Source of the DNA: Obrimoposthia wandeli
Taxonomy: Eukaryota
Assembly: GCA_977020255.1 (NCBI GenBank)
Contig: CDROCS010003779.1
Span: 248,001-312,000, forward strand
Direction: 5' to 3'
DNA: 64,000 nucleotides
The notes under the pieces are model-generated. The model searched no databases. It was not told the origin of the DNA and saw only the letters and a program-made list of their open reading frames with translations. Within the stretch, counting starts at the first letter, position 1, and each line of letters starts with the position of its first letter. Below, piece after piece: positions 34,733 through 47,600 of the stretch. A program made the translations under genes and the position numbers.

Positions 34733-35393
34733 ATGAACTCTAAACAAACTAAAACTATCAAGTTTGAGAAGCCACCATCAAGGTTTGCGGATACAGATGA
34801 GGATACCGATGATGTAGTTTTCATATCAAAACCAAAGAAGCAAACTATTACAAGCAACAACAACAACAACAAACAATCCAAAAACTATCAAGATCGAGAA
34901 GCAAGCATCAAATGAGGATCTATTTATTGATTATATAATTTCTGTGCCAAAACACAAGAAACCAAGCAACAAAAACAACAATAGACCAGCAGCAGGTGTG
35001 ATATTTGAGTCTAATGATTTGAAGTACACCAAGTCGGTTCTGTTTTATAACTGGCAAATGAATTTCTTGAAGACTCCAATCATATATGGATTCATGTTTC
35101 CGGTGTCTCTGAATAAGTCAAAATAGAATTTCAAGATAGATAGATTAAATCCATCAGATATTGATGATCTCAACAAAACTTTCGCGTCGATGCATTTCAA
35201 CATCATAGTTGGGAATCATATAATAATTCGAGCTGATCCTAATCTCTTCAAGCGAGATCATGATTTTAATGTTGACAAGATGAGAACTGGACTCAAATGG
35301 ATGATCGTCATTTCAATACAGGGCTACAAAATCAACTGTACAGGTCTCCATAAACCAATCTGGAAAATTACTGATGGACAAGTTCGCTTATGA
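34733..35393 (+). pseudogene. Homolog of the SSB-like family of element 1, interrupted
   Basis: FMFPVSL...KWMIVISIQGY...KPIWKI parallels NPVTI...QWTVTIRLYGY...LPMWEI. Confidence 0.6.
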
Positions 35394-35799
35394 TTGTGCT
35401 AATATATATTCTATCGATGTTACTTTGCTTATAAACAATTTCTTTCTTCATCATATAATCATGTATAAACATAGACTCCTAATATAAACAATAATTTTTC
35501 AAGATTAAAACTGCGATAGATGTCCGGTTATGCGGGGCAGTCTAACTCCTGGCATGGGGTCGCAGTACTAAGTAAATTAAATAGTTGCAAATAAAAAACT
35601 TGGGACGGTCAATTGTGTTTAATTTCAAAATTTCAAAATTTAATAGTTAATTTTTGATTTCTAATTTTTAAATGTAACAAATTTAAAATCTTCGTAAAGT
35701 GTTATGTACATACAAAATGTCTAGGTTAATTTGAACTACAGAAAATTAACCTACATAATCGTAAATGACATATAAAACCAATCAGGATTGAAAACGTAA

Positions 35800-36002
35800 A
35801 GTGTCGGTTCAAAAACAATAGCACACAAAGAACTTCCCCTCCCCCCTCCCTCCTCCCCCCGAACAAGGAACGAAGAACAAAGCACATCTGAACGACTAAG
35901 CGAATTCCAGATGTGCTTTGTTCTTTGTTCCTTGTTCGGGGTGAGGGGTAGGAGGGGTGGTGGGGGTAGTTCTTTGTGTGCTATTGTTTTAGAACCGACA
36001 CT
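35800..36002. repeat. Right TIR of element 2: ~203-bp palindrome
   Basis: Loop CTGAACGACTAAGCGAATTCCAG is the reverse complement of the left loop, apart from two changes. Confidence 0.9.
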
Positions 36003-37817
36003 AAATCTAAAATTCCTTCTTTTATATGTTTTTCAATTATAGCTCTTAAATAGCTCTTAACGGTCCTTCGTCTATGGGAAGTCCGTCGGGTGATTTCTTC
36101 AACTGCATCTAAGTGCAGTAAATTAATTTTGTCTCAAATAATTTACCTGCTGTTAATTCCCACTTCGGCCAGAGTTGGAATTTTTTGATTTCTGCTTCGG
36201 AATATTTTGTTCGATTGAATCGAACATGTTTTGTTTTTCAGATTATTTCTAATTTATTCTACAGCCCTTTTGCAATAATTTTCTGCATTTATATACACAT
36301 TTCTTACGATTTTAATTTACACATTTTCTAATTTATTTTAAAATTTATTAATTTTTAATTTCCTTTCAACATTGAATATTTTAAGGTTAAATTCCTAGTA
36401 TAAATAATAATTATTTATTTTATTTCCATTTTCCTTAATTTAACACAAGTAATAAATGATCATAATTCAAATTTAATAATATAATTATTTGTCCAAAATT
36501 TTGTAAATATAGATGTACAGTTATCTTCTTAAGTAACCAGTACTAAATTACCAAATGTAAGAAACGTTTTGCAATAGAGCAGATTTTCAAAAAAATATTA
36601 CACTTAATAATATTGTAAATCTAAAGACATATTCTTGTCCAAGTAAGAAATTATGCTCAATTTGACCAATAATATATTTATTCATCCATTTTTTTTGTAA
36701 ATATATATTTAGAGTTATTTTGTTAAATAAAAAGTACTAAATTATAAAAATGCAAAAACCTTTTGCAACAGAACAGATGATTTAACAATCTAATATAACT
36801 TATATATTCAAAAGCGTTTTAAAGTATGCGCATCAACCAAATCATATAAAAGCAATAAAAATACTAAAAAATACTATAATAAACTATTACAACTTAAAAG
36901 AAAATTATTAGAGTTACGTAACGAATTCGTAAGTTAGAATAATAAATAAACAAAATTATTTGATTTAATACTTGTAACTGATGTGAAAATAAATTAAATT
37001 AATGATAAATTTAAAAAGGGGTGTCAAATCATCATTTTTGGAAGCACAAATAGAAATACAACCTTCAAGTTGTTAAGTTAACACTCGTAAAAATTAAAAT
37101 GAATGTAATGGCTAATTACACGAGTTACGAGGACAAGTTAAATACGATTACAAGTGAGAATTCAATTTATCTATGGAAACTGATAGTTCAGCACGATTGA
37201 CTACCAACTGAAGGCCACCATATATCTTCAGTACCTACTGACAAATGAATGGACACGCAAGTATCGAAAAAAATATTTACTGATATTTATGCAATTGAGC
37301 AGGTTTCACACATTAAAATATATCAATAGAGTACATCAATTCAATTACGATTATAAAACAGAAAAACTACCATAGTGCTGAAAGCAAGCAAAATGTAAAT
37401 GCAAATCTCCTCAATGGCACAACCAAAGGTCAATATACTAGTTGGCGTATAAGGATAATAGAAAACATGGATGCTGAGTAGAAATGAATTAATCACCGTT
37501 GCCGATTCTTTGCATCTGAAAAGTATTTATATGTTGCGGTGTGGTTCTCGGTTTTTCCAGATAAATTGCGAGACTTCACTCGACTTTCTTGATATATGCG
37601 TATTAAATTCGATTTACTTACTTCGATGCTATTTCTATATAAAAAACGTATATAACAAAAGAAGTTATTTAAAAATAAATATTCAAATACTTGCTCAGAT
37701 CAAATATAGCGACATTTACATAAAACATATATTTTTGTTTAATATAAAGTTTCATTTTAAGTTGTAATAACAACTCAAGTAAATCTCAAAAGGATTTTCA
37801 GTAAAACATCATGCTGT

Positions 37818-38168
37818 ATCAGTGGGTGGTGGTGCACGGCCGTTCTTAGTTGGTGGAGGGATTTCTCTGGTTAATTCCGATAACGAACGAGATTCTAACC
37901 TGCTAAATAGTATTTGTGTGATAAGTAGCACAAACTGACTTCTTAGAGGAATCAATGGCTTTTAGCCAAATGAGATAGGGCAATAACAGGTCTGTGATGC
38001 CCTTAGATGTCCAGGGCCGCACGCGCTACAATGGCAGTATCAGCGAGTATTCAATCCTAGCTAGAAATGGCCGGGTAACCTGCTGAAACACTTTCGTATC
38101 AAGAATTGTGGATTACAATTTTTCCACATGAACGAGGAATCCCTAGTAAGTGCAAGTCATTACGTAAT

Positions 38169-38214
<46 letters not shown>

Positions 38215-38217
38215 ACG
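37818..38217 (+). rRNA. 18S rRNA 3'-region fragment (pseudogene)
   Basis: GGTGGTGCA.GGCCGTTCTTAGTTGGTGGA, GCAATAACAGGTCTGTGATGCCC, TTTGTACACACCGCCCGTCGCT; contains substitutions and a deletion. Confidence 0.93.
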
Positions 38218-38573
38218 GTATCAGACAATATCTATAAATCTAATCTTACATTGAATCAAAAAATCATCTTTCAATAATTTTAGAAATGGCTTTTGTAGAC
38301 GTTTACATGTTATGAGCAATACAGTGTATTAATGTATGAATATATAGGAAAGTAACTATTCAGTTCAAAAATATATGTTTTTTTATATTTTTAAAGGTTA
38401 GATTAGATATTTAATGAGCTAATTAAATTAATAATATGTGCTAATATATGCAAAAGAATTTATTTAATTTTAAAAAAAAATTATTTTATTTTTAATAAAA
38501 GTTTGTTTAATTGCTTATTTGAATTTATTCTTTTTTATTATTTAAATCATACACATATTTTTGATTAACAATA

Positions 38574-39160
38574 CAGTAATACCCCGAACAAAGGGGGTAA
38601 TTCGTGCCTGAATTTTCCAACACTGTTTGGTGCATTATATAATGGGTTTAATAGTAATTCGTTCCGGACTGAATAAATATCGATACGTACATACGATAAA
38701 ATAATTAAAAGTTATTAAGTGCATTAAAATCGAGCATTAACAGAGATAATGAAACAAGATTATAATTAAATATATACTGAAAGAATGCTGAAAGGTTTTT
38801 ACTGTTTAGAAAAATATTTAAGCAAAGAAGTTTGCACTGATTTCTTCTTCGTTTTTGTGGCATGGAGTTCTCTGTAGCATCGAATAGTTTTTTCAACAGG
38901 GTTTCGCACTTGAATGCAGCGTCAGACATTTGGGTCTCCATTCATAATAATTTTGGAAGCTTCATCATAAAGTGAAAATAATTTTTCCATGTCAGCAAAA
39001 TATCAGATGAAAGAATAATTTCTAAAATGTGAGTTTTAAGAATATTATATATAGATCTTGAAATCAATATTGATATTTTTAAAGGGTTAAATATAGTTTT
39101 ATTCTATATTTTATTTATTTACTAATATCTTACGAAACCTGCACTGTTAGGGTATTACTG
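38574..39160. mobile_element. Non-autonomous Tc1/pogo-like DNA transposon
   Basis: TIRs CAGTAATACCC / GGGTATTACTG, flanked by TA on both sides. Confidence 0.7.
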
Positions 39161-40639
39161 TATTTACATTTGTATATTAAAATTTTAAATATTGTCAACT
39201 TTCTAAAAATGAATTAACATAATATTCATATTATAAAAAAAATTGTATTAATTTTAATATGACTGATCAAAATTTACAATAAACATAAATATCCAACGTT
39301 TTAGCTGATTTAGGGTCAGGTTTGACATTGAGAGTACTGTATTAGAAGAAGTCTGAATTGACACCAAGTCTTCTTTTTACTTTTATAAATCATATTTCCC
39401 CCGACATACATGTGTTTCTCCTTTAATGTTGTTTATGTTACTCATAGATTCTAGATAATGAAACGTGAAATATAAATAATTAATAAATAGATTATATTCT
39501 AACCATAACCAAAATTTATTTCAAAATAATATTAGGAATTTTTTTGAAAATACCCTTAAATTTTACTTTTAGGTTTATCGCAATTACTTTTTAATTTACA
39601 ACCGAAGTTACGGTAAATTCGTTGAAGGGAACTTCGGTGGAGATAGTTAGTTTAAAAATGACAGTACAAGCTTCAAAAATGCATTTATTTTGCAATGTTG
39701 AAATTTGAGAAAAGAATCTCACTCTGACAAGCGTGAGAATGAAATTAATCAGATAACACATCCTGATAAATTCAAAACTTTTTTGGTGATTAAGTATAAA
39801 TTAACTTTACCTGAGGGCAGGTTGTGTTTTTGAGATAATTGATATTTTATAAATTGTATGTTAATAATTACTTTAGATAAGTAGATATACTTCAACAAAA
39901 TAGCTATATTACGTCATAATGTCTAGTAAAAAATGTTTATGTTGAAAATATTTTCGTTTTAGTGACCTTCGTGAGTAGTCATGACCTGTACTATCTTCAT
40001 GTAAACACTAACAATAGATGACCATCATATTCGTGCTTCATCGACCGTCATATTTTGTCCCCATAATTTTAATATCGTAGTGGCACCTTTCCCCTTGTTC
40101 CTCACTAAAATTCTTACGATTTACACGGCAAATAGTTCGTTATATATATAATTTTTAAATATCTGAAATGTCTGCAATAATTAATTCCATCAAACAATTA
40201 ACATTATTACAAAATACAAAACTTTCTTGTTTTTCAAAATACTGTTCAATTTTATTTTCTGTGTCGCTAAGCAGAAATTTAGACTTTAAGTGCTAATAAA
40301 AGATTTATCCATTAATCTTGAAGCTAATATTTTCAGTTTACTTTGACCAATTTTGGATTGCTGAAATTTCTGTTAAAAATACTTCTACGAATTGATGTTC
40401 AAAATCTTCATCTCCATCATAATTTGATTCTGTGGAAAAAATAAAGATGTATCGCTGTAATTTAGTACCAAAATAATTTTTTTTATATTTGATATACCCG
40501 ATATTTTAGTATTGAAGACCCTACTAGAAGTGCACCACTAATTATTTCTTCCAGTTTTCTGCACCCTTCATGCCAACTATTAGAGAAGTTTTGAGGAAAT
40601 CGTGTTAGGTTTACATTACAAATAATAGTTGTTAACCTT

Positions 40640-40740
40640 CATCCGGCGCAAATATATGTTTTTGGACTCGGGTTGTCAATGAGTGGCTCTGTCTTGGCAA
40701 CATAGATATTGTAGCCACTGTAAATCTTTGACTCTTATTG
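40640..40740 (+). mobile_element. Possible LINE (CR1/L2-like) ORF2 C-terminal relic
   Basis: FWTRVVNEW...VATVN resembles FFSxRVVxxWNxLP. Confidence 0.35.
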
Positions 40741-43700
40741 TCATTAGGTGAATATGTATGTTTATTTAATTATATTGGCTGCAGATGTGGCGAAGACAAT
40801 TCCAAGTGTTTACCTGCACTGGACAAGGGTTAAATATCTGTTGTATTGACTAAGATATCAAGCAATGTTGAAACCAAATATCCACACCAATGAGCTGTCA
40901 AAGATGCACCAAACAATGAAGAAACATGATGAAAATCTAGTCAGAATACAGCAAGATGGGATAAAGGTATTTGGTCATGATCAAAGACAAGAGTTGTTTG
41001 AAGTGAATATATGTTCCTATATTTATCAATGTGTTTCATTTTTTGTCTCGGTTTAATACAGGATTGAGAAAAACTGGAAATACTAGTGTCTTTAAAAGGT
41101 GGGTTTTATAATTTTCAGAATACATTTTATAAAATTTACTTAAAATATGATTCTTTCCTTTACAATATTTTGCACAAAATTGATGCAGAAAAACCGTAAC
41201 TAGATTTGCAATTTGGCTGAACATTTTATTGGTGGATCCTTTAAATTCCAAACACTTTATCAACTCAACACTAATATTTTCGATTGTGCCTATATTAAAT
41301 GTAAAATAACTTAAGAAACTAAAAAAAAAAATTTTTAATTATTTTATTTTAAAAAATAATATATTAGCAGTCGACGAGTTAAGAAGTATTCAATACTATA
41401 TTAATGAATCCAATAATGTCAAAATAGTTACGAGTTAACCATTGTGACGAGTTATCCGTCTTTTACTGTATGATATATTTCATAATGTAGTTTTTAATGC
41501 TTAATTTCAGTACTATTCTTTGTTTGGCGATGTATATTCTAACAAACATTGAATTATGAAAAAGATACCCTAAAACTACACTTTCTGATTTCATTAACGA
41601 AATTGGATGGTCTACACCTTACTTTTTGACAAAATTTCTGCTCTATTTATCTATTCTGCTCGATAGAATGCGCGACATGCAAGTTGAGAGACTATGGTTC
41701 AATTCCCTGTCTCAGCAACTATTTATTTCGAATCTAACAAATATATTTGTGCAAAATATAGTCTAATTTAACTATTTTCTAACTGAATAAACTTTGTAGC
41801 AAACTCATTTTCAAATCTTCTTTTCCCCAAGATTGAAATGGAATAATTCTTTCATATATTCATTATAAAATAAAACTATTAAATTTGGTAACAAAGATGA
41901 TGGCCGGAATCAAAGAGAAACTTTGAAAAGTCAATTGATTCTGGCCATCATATTTGTTGCTATTTTCAAATCTTCTTCACTCAAACATTTCTTAATCCTT
42001 TGTATTACCTGAACAAGATGTACTTATTTTTCTCATAATTTTTTAATAAATATTTTCCATGTGAAATATATGTTGGTGCCTAATAAAGGGTACTGATAAA
42101 AAGTACTGAACACCTCAGGTTAGATGTTACTTATTTCGTTTAATTATCATAATAAATAGCTCCATAAGTTTATATTTTGAATTAACTTATATTCAATAAT
42201 TTATAAGCAAGTAAACACACTTATTTTTAACATGATTGAGTTCGTTTTTATATTATAATAAATATAGCACTACTAACAATTGCTCTTATTAAGTTACGTA
42301 TAATAATTTTTTATCGATTCCTAAATATTGATTCCTAACTAATTGATTAAAATTAAAATATGTTACTAGCTTCAGTATATTTTAAAAAAATTAAATAGTT
42401 ATTCTTTACTGTCAAGTGACCATCAAAAAAGCAATAACAGAATTTATGTTTGTACCAAATAGAAAAAGTTTAGAAAGAAGATGTATCACAAATTTCAAGG
42501 ACCATGCTCTGATAAAAGACGATTTGATTCAAAAAGTAATACATTGAACTAGAAAACTTCCTCAGCATTATATATCGCCATATAGAGTGACATATAATAT
42601 GAAAAAATTAAATTTGGTGTTGGTGCCATTTAGATTCAATGAACACAACAAGTGCTAAGGGTGAGTTTCGCACTGCTTTATTGAAATATGTGTAAGACTT
42701 TACTACAACAAAAATGTTACATATCATATCTCTATTGAAGAGACTTATGTAATGTTTGTTTCTTTACTTTGGCTATTAGAAACCAAGGTTTGGACTACAG
42801 CATATGAACCACGTCTGTGAGCTTGTAATAAGACAATACAAGTGTTAAGATCTAGAAATATACAAGTAAAATAAATTAAAATTAAATAAATTACTGATAA
42901 TTATAGTCCTCGTCATGGATATATGAAAAGTTACGAAATGGGTTTTAGATAAATAAATTGAAAACACAAACTTAGGAAAAACAAGTATAATTTACTGAAA
43001 ACAGACTTAATTAACCTTAGGTGGTCAGGATGACTATATTTGAGTCAAAATAGTAACTGATACTGAAAGTGAAGTGACACGATTAGTCACCAACAGCATG
43101 TACCAGTATTATAGTTGAGACAGAATTAGAACCATCAATGTAGCCTGTAACCAGCTGCAATCTATGGAGTCTTAAATTTCTGTATCGGTTTTAATAAGAT
43201 TAGTGAAGCAATAAACTCAATCAGCTTTTCTTCATCTATTCAACAAGATTATAAAACATTTGACATATCCCACATATACCGCGAAAGAATCGATAAATTT
43301 TTAAAAAACATATCGGAAAAGTTGCAATTTTATTTGTAATAATGAGTTAGCAACCTTGTAAATATTTCGTTAATCAAATCAAATAGTTCTATCACTGGTA
43401 CATTGTGATAAGGATAGAAAGAGAGATAGATAAGTAGATACAAAATGATAGAAGCAACACTGAGATTCATAGAAACACTTGTACAGACGAAGAATCTCCG
43501 CCATTGTTGCTCTTTTGGCTACTGCTACTTATTACTGAAATAAGAAGAGAGGGCGAGAAGAAATACGACAAGCAGTAGCAGTCTGAACATGGGAATCAGT
43601 ATAGACAATCATAAACGATGTGTACTGCTTGACCCCGTCCGTGAGAGCGCGATTATCCAGATCAAATTAGATACACAGTTGGAAGGGAATTGCAACACTG

Positions 43701-44654
43701 GTGAGGCTTTCAAGCGTTAAAGGGTTCAACCTAAAACGGTGTTTTGATTCTCAGTCACTCCAGTCTGCAATCCAATCTCATGTCAAAAGAATGTTCTTCT
43801 AATTACTGATTCACTACGTGGGCACTTGTCCACCACGAAGTTGTATGCAACACTATATATGCCTCCGCGAAAAAGCAAGTACAGAAAAAAGCTAATTACT
43901 TCCAGTATTGTTGAAATTTCTATTGTCAATTTGTATCAAGTTATAATCTGAGTAAGGGATATACATATTTAATTATAATGCACCAATATTTTAAATTAAA
44001 TTATTTTAAAAGAATCTATATTTTCTTGGAAACGTGAGCTTATTTTACCAAATGTATTTATACTTTTAACAGGTAATGAATTTTAAAATATATAGCTTAA
44101 ATACGATATTCAATTTACTACTATTCACAGAAAATATTTGCGATGCATGTGTGTTTAGGAAACCGTTTTCTACTACAAATAACAATTCCATAAATAAAGG
44201 TGGAATCTGGGATTAAGTCATTAAAGCCTTCATACTCTATAATTATATTAAAAGTAGTCAAGCACTGGTAGGAATATTTAATCAAAGTCCATTAACTTTC
44301 GATAGTTATTCACAATTGCTTCTCTATTATTTTCAGTGTTTGTCAGAAACTCTCGTTGAAAACAATTGCTTTTTAAATAGATATGAAATATAATAATAGA
44401 GATGAGATATAGTTATTTTAAATATTTTGCTGCTTTTATGTAATGTTTTATTAATGATCACTATTGTTTGATGTCTCAATTAAAAATAAAATGCAATATC
44501 AAAATAAGGAGTATTTGTTTAAATCTGGTAAATAGATCAACCCATTATAACAATTTGTTAAGAATTTAAAATTTTTTTTATAAACTTTTATTTTCTCATT
44601 TGATTCTAAATTAATCAATTTTATTTTTAGTATTCTGAAGAATTATTTGATTTT

Positions 44655-47600
44655 ATGAACGGGTCTAGTACCGTAATATTCAACATCACGAAGAATGTAA
44701 CCTGTGAATCTGAAATGAAATTCATTTGGAATGTTTTAGGAATATGTGTCATGGATAGTAAACTTTTGTTTTCTGTTATTTTTGGGCTTCTATCAATTGT
44801 TGCTTGGATGATTTATGGAATACCGCAAATGATATTAAATTGCAAAAAGGGCATTCCAGATGAAGCCATGTCGCCGTTTCTACTGATATTTTGGACAATT
44901 GGTGACACTTGTAATATGGTTGGAGCACTCCTCACGAATCAACTTGTTCTTCAAGTGGCAATGGCGGCATACGCTATCTTTTGTGATTTGATTCTAGATT
45001 TCCAGTACTTCTATGCAGTTATCCGACGATATTTGAAAAAGAGATGTTAGTTTAAAACCATGTTCATAAGATTTTAAAATTAAGCTGTAATTAAAAATCT
45101 TTGCGAGTTTTCTTTGAATGAAAGTATTTTGATAATTTTAATTTAATGGATACAAAATTATAATCATACTAATAAAAATAGCTACAATCCCAATAATAAG
45201 AAATTTATAAGTGAAATTCGTTTTAAAAAGAACTCAAATTTATTAACTATTGCTAGTTTTCCAGCTTTTGTATAATTAGTGTTCTATTTATAATGGTTGA
45301 TTTTATATACAGTCCAAAGTTGTCAACGCTTTTATCGAAAACTTTGTTATTTTGTCATAATTAAAAAACGGAAAAGTTATTTTAAATTCGTTGAAAAGTG
45401 TTTCCAGTCATATTTTGCCCCAATTTTAATTTCCATGATCAATTTTGCTGTGCCTGAATATCAAGACGCGTTCTCTTCGATTATATCAATTTAAATGACC
45501 GTCAACATATTCCTCCCATTCTTTTCAGCACGACAAGGTCCTCAAGACAGTCTATACAGCGACAACTCCAACTATATTGATTCAGTTAGTGTTGAAGCTT
45601 CACGGCCTAATGCCAAAAGAGCAAAACTTGCTGATCAGGATTTGTCAGAGACCTCCTCAATCCAGTCGAGTTATGGTCCGTCAAGAACCACCGGAGGAAC
45701 GGCTTTGTTTTGTCTTGGGATGTTCGCTTGCATGGGTCTTGTCGGTCGATATTCACCAATTGAGCAGACCCAGCTCGGAGGATCAAGAAAACTTTTTAGT
45801 CTAGAAGAAGCTTATGAGCCAGTGCGTTTACTAAAAGTGAGTTTTGTTTGTGTCATTCTTGGGTATATTTTGCAGAAGAAATTTAGATGTAATAAACTTC
45901 GATGTCATTTTAAAATGTAATTTATATATTTATTGAAAATCAACTATACACGTCATTATTAAATTCATCTTTCAAATGTAATTGTATTCATTTTAAACGT
46001 ACTAAAAAGAAATTTGGATGAAATTTCCGTCATGATTTCTCTAAGTGAATTATCGAATTTGTTGTGTGACAATTCACAGTCCAGCAGATCGGGCTTTGAT
46101 TATGTAATGTCCGCTTCATCAAAATCACGTCACTATTTGCCGACCATACGATGTGATTGGAGTGATATATTTCTTCATATCCTGTTCTACTTTGAAAATA
46201 CTTAATTATAATTATGTTTGTTAAATTGAAGTCTAAAAATAACTTTTGCTGATTTAGACATTGACCAATTTTGAAAATATTAACGAAATATTTATATTTC
46301 ATTATACTATATGGTCTAAATTAGTTTTCAGTTTAATTCATTAACCTGAGAACATCAAAACTCAACGGGTGAATCAGTAGAAATAGTCCGAATTTTGAGT
46401 TATTTTTTATAAATATAAAATAAATATCACCTTAAAGAATAAAGTATTTCGTTAGATATATTAGGTTTTAGGGTTTTTCAAATTTACCATCGAAAATTGA
46501 AAACAAAACCCCTATTTTTGCAAGTTCACGATTCTATTTAAAGTAAAATATATTAATAATCATATGAAAATATTTTAAAATATATAATTAATAAAACTTC
46601 TATTTAAATTTGCCTTTGATTTTTCTCGTATTTTTTTATATTTATATATTTTCCGTCTGTATGTATAATTATTCGTTTTTTAATATATTTTTTTGAAATA
46701 TTAAAACTGATTTTTTAAATTTTTGTGTGGAGATTATTTTTCTTTCAATTCAGAAATACATTACATATAAGCTTATATTTACCTGTAAAAGATTAATTTT
46801 TTATTCAAAAAAGTTTTAGAAATTGCAAAGTTCTTGGGTTAAGAAAAAACCCGAGACGCATATGCATTTCACCTAAATGGAAGGTCACATCATATTTGAA
46901 GGTCACTGACATTTCCAGTTCAGTATTTACAAGAAATTAATTATTTAAATTAGTTATTTAAGAAATTAAAGTTATCGAGAAATTTCAAAATTATCCCAAA
47001 AAAAGGACTAACGTTAAAAAATTATATAACTTTGAAATATCATGTGACCTTATCTGTCGGTAAAATGCATCTACACCCACAACTTTATTTTAGTTAAAAT
47101 TTTATTTATTGAGATATCATGTTATAGAAATCGTTTCCTTGATCAGGCTTGACCAACCCAGTGGTCTTGCGGGCCATTTTGGCGACACATTCATTTTGCG
47201 TAACAAATATAACCTTTTTAGTAGTATACATCTTAATATTAACAATAGTATTTTAATTAATGACATATTTGTTTTTAACAGCTTTTGCTTTTGTGTCCAT
47301 AAATTTTTTTTAATAGAAAATTAGACATTCTTTAAAAATTTATTTTATGTCTTTTTTGTAGTCAATTTTGTCTGCAAAATAAAAATCAAAAAAATTTAAT
47401 TTCTTGGTTAAAAAATGACAAAATAATTTTTAAAATTATCTTGTTGACCATAGATAAAAGTTGTTCTTACTTGTGGAACCCAAATGAATCAAAATCTAGC
47501 TGTCTATTTATTGCGACAGAATGGCAAAGAAGTCGTGGGCTACGTCCTCGGCTGCTTATCCAGTTTATTTTACTGTAGCGGTCGTATTCCTCAGATCTAC

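Larger units (their letters stand above)
24085..36002 (-). mobile_element. Polinton/Maverick (adintovirus-like) element 2, about 11.9 kb, degenerate
   Basis: Starts AGTGTCG and ends CGACACT; TIRs at 24085-24292 and 35800-36002; contains pPolB, penton, integrase, ATPase, IAP and TBP-like genes. No matching TSD seen. Confidence 0.9.

Noticed and set aside
24079-36008. Target-site duplication for element 2
   Set aside because: The flanks GTGTAA and AAATCT do not match.
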